Source: Ignavibacteriota bacterium
GTDB taxonomy: Bacteria; Bacteroidota; Ignavibacteria; UBA10030
Reading direction: 5' to 3'
DNA length: 64,000 bases
Assembly: GCA_963727825.1 (NCBI GenBank)
Contig: CAVSHO010000001.1
Coordinates: 1 to 64,000 of the forward strand
Of the stretch, positions 9,328 through 19,490 are shown piece after piece; position 1 is the first letter of the stretch; each line of letters starts with the position of its first letter. The position numbers and the translations under genes were made by a program. Under the pieces are notes generated by a model. The model was not told the DNA's origin and made no database searches. It saw only the letters and a list, made by a program, of their open reading frames with translations.

Positions 9328-10518
9328 TTAAATTGACGGCCAAAGTTTTCCTTCAATTATTGCGAGCAATAAGTCTATGTTGACCGGTTTTGTAATAAAA
9401 TGATCAACACCAAGACGTAAGCCTGCCTGAATAATTTTCCTGTCAGTTAAGGAGCTGACGAAAAAGAACGGTACATGTTTTAATATTGAATGTTCTTTTA
9501 ACTTTTTGAAAAATGCCACACCATCAATCTGTGAATTAGTAAAAAATAGTTCTGATAGTATTATGTTAGGAGTTTGCGAGACAAGAATTTGATAAGCATC
9601 TTCCACCTTCTGTGCCATGAAGATTGTATAACCCCGCTGTTTAAGCGCGTTGCCAAGTGATACGAGTGTTTCTCTGTCAGTGTCAACGATAAGGATAGTG
9701 CCTCGCAATTTCGATGAACGCTTTATCTCGTTGTACATTGATTCCGCCACTGCTTGTTCTTCCGGTGAAATACCATATTTTGTGCGCATCATCTGCAATG
9801 TCTTTTGTTCCGTGTCTGTAATGATATTGTCGCGTCCTGCAATGCGCAACGCTTCAAGATATGCCTCAATTTTAATTTCACGTTCAAGCTGTTTATGATT
9901 TTCTGGAGTAATGCCAAACAACTCACGCATGGCAGCAAGTTCCATTGCTTCCTTTTCCGAGACACTTCCATCAAACCATGCTTGTTTGAGAAGTTCACGA
10001 TACATAGGTGTACTGCCTCGTTCAGGTGAGGGTGGTTGTGGCACGTCTGGTGCTTTGGGTTGTATCTCGGGTACAACAACCTTATTTTTTTCGACAGTTT
10101 CCTCTAATATCAATAAATCGATACGTTCGGAATAAGTTTGCGCATAATAATTTGTTGGGTCAATTTTATAAACACGGGCCACTTCTTCTAATGCATGCTT
10201 ATAGTCTTTTTTGTTGATGAAATCTTCTGCTATGGAAAGATGATGTGAGATAACAGCCATTCGCTCTTCCAGCGACATTTCAACCGGTCCTGCTTGTTGT
10301 GTCTCTTGTTGTTTAGCTCGCTTGTGCATCATCTTAACACGCTCAAGAAACGAACGTGCGTAGTTATTCTTTGGATCGATCTCCAATACATGTTCAATTT
10401 CTATAATTGCTTCTTCGTAGCGCCGGACGCGTGTGAATTCATCTGCGGTTCGAAGATGCTTGCCGATCCATTCTTTTAATACCTGCGGATTAATTTTCTT
10501 TTCTTCTGTCATAAACAA
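9328..10518 (-). CDS. TPR-repeat protein with C-terminal atypical receiver domain
   Basis: Two TPR-like repeats, two helical DG/DN...GI.PE repeats, REC fold (ILIVD...GVDHFITKP). Confidence 0.8.
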   Translation of the reverse strand: MFMTEEKKINPQVLKEWIGKHLRTADEFTRVRRYEEAIIEIEHVLEIDPKNNYARSFLERVKMMHKRAKQQETQQAGPVEMSLEERMAVISHHLSIAEDFINKKDYKHALEEVARVYKIDPTNYYAQTYSERIDLLILEETVEKNKVVVPEIQPKAPDVPQPPSPERGSTPMYRELLKQAWFDGSVSEKEAMELAAMRELFGITPENHKQLEREIKIEAYLEALRIAGRDNIITDTEQKTLQMMRTKYGISPEEQAVAESMYNEIKRSSKLRGTILIVDTDRETLVSLGNALKQRGYTIFMAQKVEDAYQILVSQTPNIILSELFFTNSQIDGVAFFKKLKEHSILKHVPFFFVSSLTDRKIIQAGLRLGVDHFITKPVNIDLLLAIIEGKLWPSI

Positions 10519-10633
10519 TTCCTGATTGATTCAAGATGCGAATAATATTTTTAATGCAACTTCTAGAAGTGAAATATTAAATGTCCACATATTACTGTCT
10601 ATATTTCAGAAAAATTAATTGATAAATGAAATC

Positions 10634-11473
10634 TCAATGATTTTGTTGCCTCAACAATCCGAACTGCGCGATAACCAGTGTCCCCAATTCCGTTTCCAGT
10701 GATCGGGACGAGAACAATTGGATAGATGTATTTGCTGAGTACCATATTCTTGAAGTTGTACTCTTGGCGAATTCAAGCGATGGAACCTCGGCAAACAAAT
10801 TTGTCGTGCGAATGTTTTCATCTGTCGGCATATTTCCTGCAACAATAGTAAGTTGATCGGTTGTATCAGGATTCATGGCGGCAATCAATTTTAAGCATTG
10901 TGCCTTCTCATTTTCCGTTGCTTTTAAAGGCAATTGTGTGCTTACAACGATAAGTGGACGTGCTCCAACATCAACTATGGCCTGTAAAGCAGCATCGAAG
11001 TATGTTGATTTCACCCGATCCCATGAAATATTCCGATGGGAAAGAATAGGATACTCACTGAAGATTGCATTTCCAGTTTGCCTGCCTGAGATGTTCAACA
11101 TTTCACCGAAGGCATTGCGCCACTCGGTTTTTGCAGAAAGTTCATTCATAAAATCTATACGTGTTGCGACGCCGGGATAACGCGATATTCCCTGTACTGC
11201 AAGAATATCAACTTGTTCGCTTTTAAGAATTTTTACTAGTTCGATTATATTTTTTCGTTCAATTCGCTTTTTTAAATTCGCAAGATTAATGCTTGCGACC
11301 TGAATTGTTATCTCGGGTTTTTGGGGTAATACTTCTTTCTCTACTTTCGGTGGCGTTGCGCAGCCGTACAAGAACAAAATTGCTAACGTAAGTACAAATG
11401 CCTGTAAGCTGTTTGTCTTCTTCCGGTTAATTAGAAAAGAATTTAGTGAAATGTAAATGGTTTGCTCCATCAA
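10634..11473 (-). CDS. Endonuclease/exonuclease/phosphatase-fold lipoprotein, probably inactive
   Basis: LYGC lipobox; VASINL, DILAVQG, GNAIFSEYPI; true start may be further downstream. Confidence 0.7.
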   Translation of the reverse strand: MMEQTIYISLNSFLINRKKTNSLQAFVLTLAILFLYGCATPPKVEKEVLPQKPEITIQVASINLANLKKRIERKNIIELVKILKSEQVDILAVQGISRYPGVATRIDFMNELSAKTEWRNAFGEMLNISGRQTGNAIFSEYPILSHRNISWDRVKSTYFDAALQAIVDVGARPLIVVSTQLPLKATENEKAQCLKLIAAMNPDTTDQLTIVAGNMPTDENIRTTNLFAEVPSLEFAKSTTSRIWYSANTSIQLFSSRSLETELGTLVIAQFGLLRQQNH

Positions 11474-11497
11474 TTCAAAGTATATACGTGTATAGCT

Positions 11498-11926
11498 TTA
11501 TTTTTGCTTTGATGTAAGATACATTTTCAACGGGTCGAATACAAATTCCTTCCAGCCAACCTTATGACTTTGTAATTCACTGTCATTCGGAAAACCCGAG
11601 TGTTTCAAAATGAGCTTCGTTCCAGTCTTTATCGGCTTAAAGTGAAATGTTACAATGGATGCTTGTTTTTCCTTCGCCCATTCCGATGGTTTCCATGTGA
11701 AAGAAAGCCGTTTGCCTGATTCGTACGCAAGTACTATTCCTTTTACCCAGCCGTCGAACAATTCAATCTTTCCACCTATGGTTGGTTGTACTTTTCCGCT
11801 CTGACCACTCCATGCAGCTATTTGGCGTGTATTTGTGAGAGCCGTAAATACGGTTTCAGAAGAGAATGGAAATGATGTAGAAATAATGAACAATTTTGTT
11901 TTCATAGCCCGTCCTTTAATGTTCAT
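11498..11926 (-). CDS. SRPBCC/AHSA1-domain protein
   Basis: VFTALT...W...GGKIELFDG...LSFTW...TKLILKHSGF...GW. Confidence 0.85.
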   Translation of the reverse strand: MNIKGRAMKTKLFIISTSFPFSSETVFTALTNTRQIAAWSGQSGKVQPTIGGKIELFDGWVKGIVLAYESGKRLSFTWKPSEWAKEKQASIVTFHFKPIKTGTKLILKHSGFPNDSELQSHKVGWKEFVFDPLKMYLTSKQK

Positions 11927-11955
11927 TTTTGTCTATTGCAAGAACGATCCGTCGA

Positions 11956-12456
11956 TTAGTGCTTTTGTTTTATCATTTCTATTTGTTTGGATGCACAATC
12001 CGGACAAATACCATGTGTAACCGCTGGTGCACCGCTATCGTGGAGATATTCTTCGATAGGTTTCCACTCACCATTTTCTGAGCGATATTTTTTGCACCAT
12101 GCACAAAGTGGAAGCAAAGTCTCCAAATCTTGAATATGCTTTTCTTCCTTTTTCTGAAATTCAATTGTTTTAATAAATCCGTAAATAAGAAACAATATTC
12201 CTATAACATCACAAATATTGCCAGCATTAGTCATAATTAAATCGAAACTTTCGCGTTTCCAGCCAAGCGGAGTCGTTGCGTAGCGAGATATCGATAATTC
12301 AAGGATAACATCCGCAATTCTGCCGAAAGACAAGCAAACGGTAGCAATTAAAACTGGAATTAGAGATTGAAAGTGTTTACGCTCTCTAAATAGTAAAATA
12401 AATGTCCAGCAAAGCAGGAAAAAACTAACGACATCAGGTAAATAAGTATAATTCAT
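11956..12456 (-). CDS. Membrane protein with C-terminal Cys4 Zn-ribbon
   Basis: Three TM segments, then LLPLCAWCKK...THGICPDC. Confidence 0.75.
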   Translation of the reverse strand: MNYTYLPDVVSFFLLCWTFILLFRERKHFQSLIPVLIATVCLSFGRIADVILELSISRYATTPLGWKRESFDLIMTNAGNICDVIGILFLIYGFIKTIEFQKKEEKHIQDLETLLPLCAWCKKYRSENGEWKPIEEYLHDSGAPAVTHGICPDCASKQIEMIKQKH

Positions 12457-12492
12457 ATAATTTCCAATTAAACGCTAATAAAATAATGTTCG

Positions 12493-13545
12493 TCACACCC
12501 ATCTGCCTGCGATTTTTGTATTGCATTTTAAGCACGTTCCATTCGAGATCCGATTCCGCAATACCTGGAATCCTCGACGTTCGATTAGCAATTCATTGCA
12601 GGAATAACAGTATGTATTCTCGTAGTTGCGCGTCTTTCCTGGACGATTGCCCGTATAGACAAAGTGCAATCCTTCTTTGTATCCAAGTTCTACTGCACGA
12701 ATCAGCGTGGAGATGGGAGTGAACTCTTCTCCTGTCATCTTATATTCTTGGTGATATGCCGTCACGTGCCATGGAATATCAGGAGAGATGGAATGAATAA
12801 ACTTGGCAATGTCCGTCAATTCTTCGTTTGAATCATTAATTCCAGGAACAACAAGTGTAACGATTTCTATCCACTTGCCGCGCTTGTGCAGAGATTTGAT
12901 TGTATCAAGCACGTTCTGCAACACGCCGCCCATTTGTGCATATGCCTTTTGGCGGAACGATTTCAAATCGACTTTATACAAATCAATCCATGGCTGAAGA
13001 TAGTCTAGTACTTCCGGCGTGGCGTTGCCGTTTGAAACATACGAAGTAATAAGCCCGGCATTCTTTGCAAGCTTGAATACTTCCACAGCCCATTCAGTTG
13101 TAATGAGCGGTTCGTTGTAAGTGCTTGTAATGATTGGCGTTTTATGCTGAATAGCAAGGTCAACGATTTCTTCAGCATGGGTTTCTTCGATAGAAGAAAC
13201 GGCGTGAGGATCGCGTAAAGCTTGTGAGGTTATCCAGTTCTGACAAAATGAGCAATGAAAATCACAGCCAAGCATACCGAAACTTAAAGTATTAGATCCA
13301 GGATATGCATGAAAAAACGGTTTCTTTTCTATTGGATCAATTGCAATACCGGAGACATAACCATGTGGAACAAACAGCGTCCCTTGTCGATTGAATCGAA
13401 TTCTACAAATTCCGTCTTTATCCGGTGGAATTTTGCATCGATGTCCGCAAGCAAAACATTGTACCCAGTTATTCGGCAGCTTTGTATATAATTCGCCCTC
13501 TTTTGTACGTTCAGCAAGAATATCTTTCAAAATAACTTCGGGCAT
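12493..13545 (-). CDS. amrS: AmmeMemoRadiSam system radical SAM enzyme
   Basis: CFACGHRC, DPIEKKPFFH, GCDFHCSFCQNW radical SAM motif, TYNEP. Confidence 0.9.
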   Translation of the reverse strand: MPEVILKDILAERTKEGELYTKLPNNWVQCFACGHRCKIPPDKDGICRIRFNRQGTLFVPHGYVSGIAIDPIEKKPFFHAYPGSNTLSFGMLGCDFHCSFCQNWITSQALRDPHAVSSIEETHAEEIVDLAIQHKTPIITSTYNEPLITTEWAVEVFKLAKNAGLITSYVSNGNATPEVLDYLQPWIDLYKVDLKSFRQKAYAQMGGVLQNVLDTIKSLHKRGKWIEIVTLVVPGINDSNEELTDIAKFIHSISPDIPWHVTAYHQEYKMTGEEFTPISTLIRAVELGYKEGLHFVYTGNRPGKTRNYENTYCYSCNELLIERRGFQVLRNRISNGTCLKCNTKIAGRWV

Positions 13546-13733
13546 TACTCACCTCACCAGTAAGGTACGGTGAATGGTATGTGTTGTCAAGCGAGACGCT
13601 TGTAACTATGAATATATCGTTTGATTATTTTGCGTTGATGTTAAAGCAATGAAACGAAGCAGAAAGCGCGCCAGTGAATGTTACTTTGATATAATTAATA
13701 CTTATGGAGCAGCAGTTGCTGATTGGGCGGCAT

Positions 13734-14867
13734 TCATTGATTCATGTGAATAATCTTTGCCCCATCAAATCCATTGAACTTGGTGGACGAAGCAGGACCG
13801 TATGCGCCGATGTTCTCTGTAAAGAGAAAATCTCCGACTTCCAGATTTGCCGGCAACTCTGCAGACAAAGTGATTTTATCAAAACTATCACAAGTAGGCC
13901 CAACTACTGCACAGATTTCTTTTTCACCTTCTTTAATTGCGCTGAAGTTGGGGATCCAATGATCGTACACAACTCCAGAAAAAGTATGGTATACTCCGTC
14001 ATTAATATGATAAAATACTTTGCCGTCTCTCCGGGCTTTACCAATGATCTCCGAAATTAGCGTGGCGGCGGTCGCCACAATGAATCTTCCGGGTTCAGCA
14101 AGAATTTCAATATCGTCTGGGAATAGCCGCTTAAATTCTGAATTTAATAAAGAGGAAAGAACTTTAAACTCCGGCACTTGCGAATCATAAGGAACCGGAA
14201 ATCCACCGCCAATGTCTATTAGATTCAGGTTAAATCCCTTTTTACGTGCGTCGTTGAAAATTTCTGAAGTGATAGCAAGCGCCGCTGTAAAGTTATCGAA
14301 ATTTGTGCATTGACTGCCTACGTGAAAGCTGATGCCTTCAACTTTTAATCCTATATCGAATGCCTGTTGGATTAGTTTTTGTGCATCGGTAGGTTCGGCG
14401 CCAAATTTCGAACTCATTTCAACTTGTGAACCACTGTCAGGAACCTTCAGCCGCACGACCAATCCTGCGGTTTCGCAATGGTCCTTTAATTTTTTCAGTT
14501 CATCGCTATTGTCATATGTGACCAGCGGTTTGTATTGTTTGATCTTGCTCAGCGTCGCTTTGTCTTTGATCGTGTTGGAAAAAATTATCTTGTCCCAGAC
14601 AAAATGTTTTTTATCTTTTTTGTCGAAATGCTTTATATACTGGTACACCTGCATGAATTCGTTGTAGGATGCAACATCAAAACTTGATCCTTCTTTGAAC
14701 AAAGTCTCGATAATCTGCTGAGTGGAATTTGCTTTGACCGCGTAATAGCACTGAACCCGTGGCAAGTGCTTTTTAAATGTCCGATAGTTTTCCCTAATTT
14801 TATCGTGGTCGAGTATGAACAGCGGAGTGCCATGCTGTTCTACTAATTTTAGAAACTCATCTTTCAT
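13734..14867 (-). CDS. Type III PLP-dependent ornithine/lysine decarboxylase
   Basis: YAVKAN, SKFG, FHVGSQ, DIGGGFP, EPGR, GPTCDSFD, GAY. Confidence 0.92.
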   Translation of the reverse strand: MKDEFLKLVEQHGTPLFILDHDKIRENYRTFKKHLPRVQCYYAVKANSTQQIIETLFKEGSSFDVASYNEFMQVYQYIKHFDKKDKKHFVWDKIIFSNTIKDKATLSKIKQYKPLVTYDNSDELKKLKDHCETAGLVVRLKVPDSGSQVEMSSKFGAEPTDAQKLIQQAFDIGLKVEGISFHVGSQCTNFDNFTAALAITSEIFNDARKKGFNLNLIDIGGGFPVPYDSQVPEFKVLSSLLNSEFKRLFPDDIEILAEPGRFIVATAATLISEIIGKARRDGKVFYHINDGVYHTFSGVVYDHWIPNFSAIKEGEKEICAVVGPTCDSFDKITLSAELPANLEVGDFLFTENIGAYGPASSTKFNGFDGAKIIHMNQ

Positions 14868-14920
14868 TTACACAATATTCCTGACTAAATTTATTGGAAT
14901 CTTTTCTTCGATAATTCAAA

Positions 14921-16103
14921 TTAAATAGAAAGCTTTTTGATAAAGGATCTGAGTTCTTCCACTTCTTTATTATTTTCAAGATACGATTTGATTAACTTCT
15001 TCCGCAACTCCTCTCCGCGATCATATAGCCGTTTTAACTTCTTTGGCTTTGTTGTTTGTATTACATAAGCGGCCATTAATGGAAAAGCGACAGTTGAGTC
15101 TAAATAGGCAGTTACCGTTTCGTCAAGTTTGGTGGGATCAATTTTACCCCAGCTTGCTGCCTCGCTCGGAGGTGCACCGGAAAGGCCGCCAGTATCCGGA
15201 CGTGCATCGGTGATATTTATATCATAATCCTGACCTGCTTCAGGAATCATCAAGTACTTCCTGAATCTGCGGTTCGGTTTGGAGCATAAAATTCTTTGGG
15301 CTGCCGCCTCCAATGAGAATAACGCCGGTTTTTCCGTTCTCATATTTCTTTGCATTGAGAATAATTGCCGTTGAATCATTCACGTCTATACTTGGATTGA
15401 TCTTGAGTTTGAGTCTATCGAGCATTCCAGAAGCTTCAGCAAGCAATTCCAATCCAGCAACGTTCATACCAATTGTAGAATCGCCGGGTGAGGAGGTGAA
15501 GACCGGAATACCATTTCGATATGCAGCCGCGAGTATGCTTACTTGACCGATATTGCTTTTCTGTTCGTACTCATTAATTACTTTGCCAAGATGATAATAG
15601 TATTCTCTGGTTCCCATTTCCTTTTGGAATTCAGGACGCAGCATAATTTTGCGAAGAATCTTATCTGTCTCCATCAACACATCCTGATAATCAAAAAGGA
15701 TATCGTAAATTCTTGTAACTCCTTTATCCCGAAGATCTGCATCATCAACATTGTGGCTGCCACGGAACAGCGGCATGTTGAAAGCAAAATGCAAATCGTG
15801 GTACATATTAGCGCCAGTCGCGGTTATCCAGTCAACAAATCCATGATTCATTAATGGGATGATGGTCGATGGTCCCAATCCTGCGGGAGTCAATGCACCG
15901 GCTAAGCTTAATCCAATAGTCACATCTTTCTGCGAATATTTATCGCGCAGTAATTGACAAGCCGCTCTTAATCTTCCACCGTTGTATGCATCCATATTAT
16001 CAATGACTGATGCAAGAGTACTGTTTTTTGAAATCGGCTTAGGAAGAACCCGCTTTCCTTTTAAATACTTATCTTTGCCCGGACATTCTTTTTTATGGTT
16101 CAT
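14921..16103 (-). CDS. speY: Deoxyhypusine synthase-like (homospermidine biosynthesis) protein, +1 frameshift near 15251
   Basis: GALTPAG, TGANMYHD, SPGDSTIG, GGGSPKNF (ORF 15240-16103) continue into DARPDTGGLSGA...SWGKI (ORF ending 14921). Confidence 0.85.
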
Positions 16104-16132
16104 AATTATTCCTCTATTTGTATCATATCTAA

Positions 16133-16933
16133 TTACTTATCTTTGATCTTATCCAGCAACTCCAAAGCTTCTTTTCTGAAAACATCATCATCTTCGTCTT
16201 CTTTGGGCAAAGTCGCAATTTTTGTTAAGTGTTCGCGTGCTTTTCCATATTCATCCATCTCAACGTAGGCTCGTGCACAATCGAGCCGGTACATAATGAA
16301 ATTTGGGCGCAATTCAATCGACTTTTCATAATTCTTTATTGCATCATCCATATTTGCCCAGCCGAGCCCGAGCGGCCAGCGAACAAATTTCGGTTTCTCG
16401 CACACTTTTGCATTTGTCCGTCCAAGAACATAATATGCTGCTGCTTCTGCTGCGTCTAATGAAATAGCTTTTTCACAATCGGCCTTTGTTTGCTTAACAA
16501 GGTCTAAAGCATCCCAGATGCCGCGAAAAAGGGCAATACGTCCGTTTGCAATTGCCTCGCGTGTATAGCCCATTGCCCCCTTTGGATTAGCTATTACAGC
16601 TTTCTTGGCAAAGTCTAGCGACTTCTCGTAGAATTCCAGCTGCTTTTGTTTTTCTGCATCAGTTTTAGTGGGAAGATGTTCGCCAATGTCAACGTATGTG
16701 CGGCTGAGTCGCCAGAGGATTTCATAATCATTTGGTGAAAGAGAAAGTGCTTCATTATACATATCGAGTGCTTTCTGGTTCTCGAATGTTTTCTCTGAGA
16801 AGTTGTCACCTTTCGCAATTAATTGGCTGACTTTGGTTGAATCGTCAGAGAGGGTTGCCGCACTTACTTTAACCGCAGATATACATAGACAAACGACAAG
16901 AACGAGTAACATTAAACTGAAAACCTGTTTCAA
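16133..16933 (-). CDS. Secreted TPR protein (RMD1-like)
   Basis: AAGGAGG before TTG 16933; signal peptide; ILWRLSR and several TPR helices. Confidence 0.75.
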   Translation of the reverse strand: MKQVFSLMLLVLVVCLCISAVKVSAATLSDDSTKVSQLIAKGDNFSEKTFENQKALDMYNEALSLSPNDYEILWRLSRTYVDIGEHLPTKTDAEKQKQLEFYEKSLDFAKKAVIANPKGAMGYTREAIANGRIALFRGIWDALDLVKQTKADCEKAISLDAAEAAAYYVLGRTNAKVCEKPKFVRWPLGLGWANMDDAIKNYEKSIELRPNFIMYRLDCARAYVEMDEYGKAREHLTKIATLPKEDEDDDVFRKEALELLDKIKDK

Positions 16934-17005
16934 GGTATGACCCTCCTTGATATTTGAATGAAAATCAATGCTGATTGAATTGTTGAGCAACAGTGAAGAA
17001 TAATG

Positions 17006-17596
17006 TTATGAATTTCGCGCTTGAAGCTTTTTAAGTTCATCACGCAGTTGTGCTGCTTTTTCATAATCTTCTTTGGCGATAGCATCCTCGAGTCGTTTTG
17101 CTAATTGTTCGACCTGGGAAAGTTGAGGATTGGGTGACTCTTCCTGTTCAGGTTTCGCATTCGATGGAATTGCTTTCTCTTCTTCTCCGCCTTCAGACAC
17201 GAATGATGCTTCAGCCATTACTTTTTCGGCAACATAAATTGGGGCACCGTACCTAACTGCAATCGCAATCGCATCGCTGGGACGTGAATCGATTTCTTGT
17301 GTGTCAAGATTGATTCGAGCAAAAAAAGTGCCATCACGCAACTCGCTGATCAAGACATCAATTAGCTCACCGCCAAGCAAGTCAATGAGATTTTTCATGA
17401 GATCATGTGTCAATGGCCGCGGGGGTTTGATGCCTTCCATTTCTAGTGCAATGGATTGTGCCTCGAACGCTCCGATAATAATAGGCAATCGGCGTGTTCC
17501 GTTGGTCTCTTTTAGAATCAACGCGTATGCACCGCCACTGGCTTGACTGCTGGACAGTCCTAAAATCTCAACTTGAACTTTGTCCTCTGCGGGCAT
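17006..17596 (-). CDS. Bifunctional nuclease (DUF151) family with UVR domain
   Basis: LPIIIGAFEAQSI, PRPLTHDL, DSRPSDAIA, EDYEKAAQLRDE. Confidence 0.92.
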   Translation of the reverse strand: MPAEDKVQVEILGLSSSQASGGAYALILKETNGTRRLPIIIGAFEAQSIALEMEGIKPPRPLTHDLMKNLIDLLGGELIDVLISELRDGTFFARINLDTQEIDSRPSDAIAIAVRYGAPIYVAEKVMAEASFVSEGGEEEKAIPSNAKPEQEESPNPQLSQVEQLAKRLEDAIAKEDYEKAAQLRDELKKLQARNS

Positions 17597-17597
17597 A

Positions 17598-18572
17598 TTA
17601 TTTCCCAAGAAGTTTTTTTGTTTCCAGCGTTATTGCGGGAACAATATCAAACGCATCAGCTACGATACCATAGTCTGCAATCTGAAAAATTGGTGCGTCT
17701 TTGTCTTTATTAATAGCAACAATGTACTTTGAGGATGACATTCCGGCAAGATGTTGAATGGACCCCGAGATTGCTACAGCAATGTAAAGTGAAGGAGAAA
17801 CAGTTTTTCCGGTTTGTCCAACTTGCTCGCTATGCGGACGCCAGCCAGCATCGACAACTGCGCGTGAAGCTCCAACTGCTCCACCAAGAACAGCAGCAAG
17901 GTCTTCGATCATTTTAAAATTCTCTGGGCCTTTCATTCCGCGCCCGCCAGAAACGACAATATCTGCTTCTGTAACATCTACTTTGCCAGATGCCTGTGTA
18001 ATTTCAATTGCGAGCGATGCAAAATCTGATTCGGAAATAGGAATATCCACAACTTCAACCTTTGCCGCAGTGCAGGTGCTTATTCCGGCAGGAAAAACAT
18101 TAGGACGAAGTGTAAAAACTTTTACGGCAGAATTGATTCTTATCTCTACCAAAACTTTACCGGCATACACAGGACGCGTTGCGATTATATCGCCGCTATC
18201 TACTTTTAATGACGTACAATCGGAAGCAAGACCGGCATCAAGTTTCACGGCAACACGCGGCGCAGAATCCTTTCCAATTGCTGTTGCGGGAAGGAGAATG
18301 ATGTCTGCCTGTTCCTTCTTTGCTATCTCCGCAATAACTTTGGCATACGCGATAGAGGAATATTTACCAAGTTTCGGCTGTTGAACGGCAAGAACCTTTG
18401 TTGCACCGTATCCGCCAAGCTCGCCGGCAGTGGCTTGCACTTGGTCGCCGATAACTAAAGCAATTACTTCTCCACCCGTTTGATCTGCGATTGTCCGAGC
18501 AGTTCGTACAACTTCAAATGCCGATTTTTTTAGTTTATTATCTCTTTGTTCAGCAAATACAAGTATTTTCAT
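17598..18572 (-). CDS. etfA: Electron transfer flavoprotein alpha subunit
   Basis: SGGRG, GASRAVVDAGW, QVGQTGK, ISGSIQHLAG, INKD. Confidence 0.95.
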   Translation of the reverse strand: MKILVFAEQRDNKLKKSAFEVVRTARTIADQTGGEVIALVIGDQVQATAGELGGYGATKVLAVQQPKLGKYSSIAYAKVIAEIAKKEQADIILLPATAIGKDSAPRVAVKLDAGLASDCTSLKVDSGDIIATRPVYAGKVLVEIRINSAVKVFTLRPNVFPAGISTCTAAKVEVVDIPISESDFASLAIEITQASGKVDVTEADIVVSGGRGMKGPENFKMIEDLAAVLGGAVGASRAVVDAGWRPHSEQVGQTGKTVSPSLYIAVAISGSIQHLAGMSSSKYIVAINKDKDAPIFQIADYGIVADAFDIVPAITLETKKLLGK

Positions 18573-18644
18573 TTCAAGTCAAAAGTAAAAAATAAAAAGG
18601 GAAAAGTGTTCTATTCTAAATCTCAAATTATACAACGATTATAA

Positions 18645-19392
18645 TCAGATAACCTTAGCTTCTTCGTGAAGTAAGCGAACCAACTCTGGTACTGCATTAA
18701 CATCTGTTCCAATGATTTTCCCGGCATTTTTTGTAGGAGGTTTACGCATCGCAAAAACCTCCGATTTAATCTGTAGATGGCGTGGGCACTCTCTCTTCTA
18801 TAGGCTTGCTCTTGGCCGACATAATTCCTTTGAGCGAAGGATAACGCGGTTCATTCATTCCCTTTTGCGCTGTAATCACAGCAGGAAGTGTTGTCTGGAC
18901 TTTTTCTTTGCCGCCTTCGATTTCTCGATCGGCAATAACTATACCTTTGGCAATTTCTAATTTTACTGCGACAGAAACAGAAGGCAGTCCCAGCATTTCT
19001 GCAACCATTATTCCAACTGCCGCATTATCTGAATCGACAGACTGCTTGCCGAAGAAAATAACATCGGCAGAAATCTCTTTAAGGTAATCGGCAAGTGCAC
19101 GCGCAACTGCGAAAGAGTCACGCGGCGAATCATCTTTTAAAAGAACCGCTTTATCAACGCCCATTGCTAATGCTTTGCGTAATGTTTCTTTGTGCGAATC
19201 GCCGCCAAGTGAAATGGCGATTACTTCACCGGTATTCTTTTCTTTTAGACGAAGACATTCTTCAATAGCATATTCATCATAAGGATTGAGAACAAAAGTA
19301 ATACCAGTCTTGTCAATGTTCTTTCCATCTGATGCAATATTGATTTTTGCCGCTGTGTCAGGTACGTGATTAATACAAACTGCAAGCTTCAT
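18645..19392 (-). CDS. etfB: Electron transfer flavoprotein beta subunit, +1 frameshift near 18770
   Basis: VPDT, NPYDEYAIEE, GKQSVD, NEPRYPSL; the C-terminus ...VPELVRLLHEEAKVI continues in another frame to TGA at 18645. Confidence 0.9.
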
Positions 19393-19490
19393 GTCGGTAA
19401 TTCGTAATTAGTAATTGATAATTGCTTATTTATAAAATATGAAAGTTTTCGTAAACGAACAAGTCTCATCAAAGATAGACTCGTTGTTAT

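Noticed and set aside
12493-13545. amrS without amrA/amrB partners
   Set aside because: These genes are often dispersed, so absence from one window is uninformative
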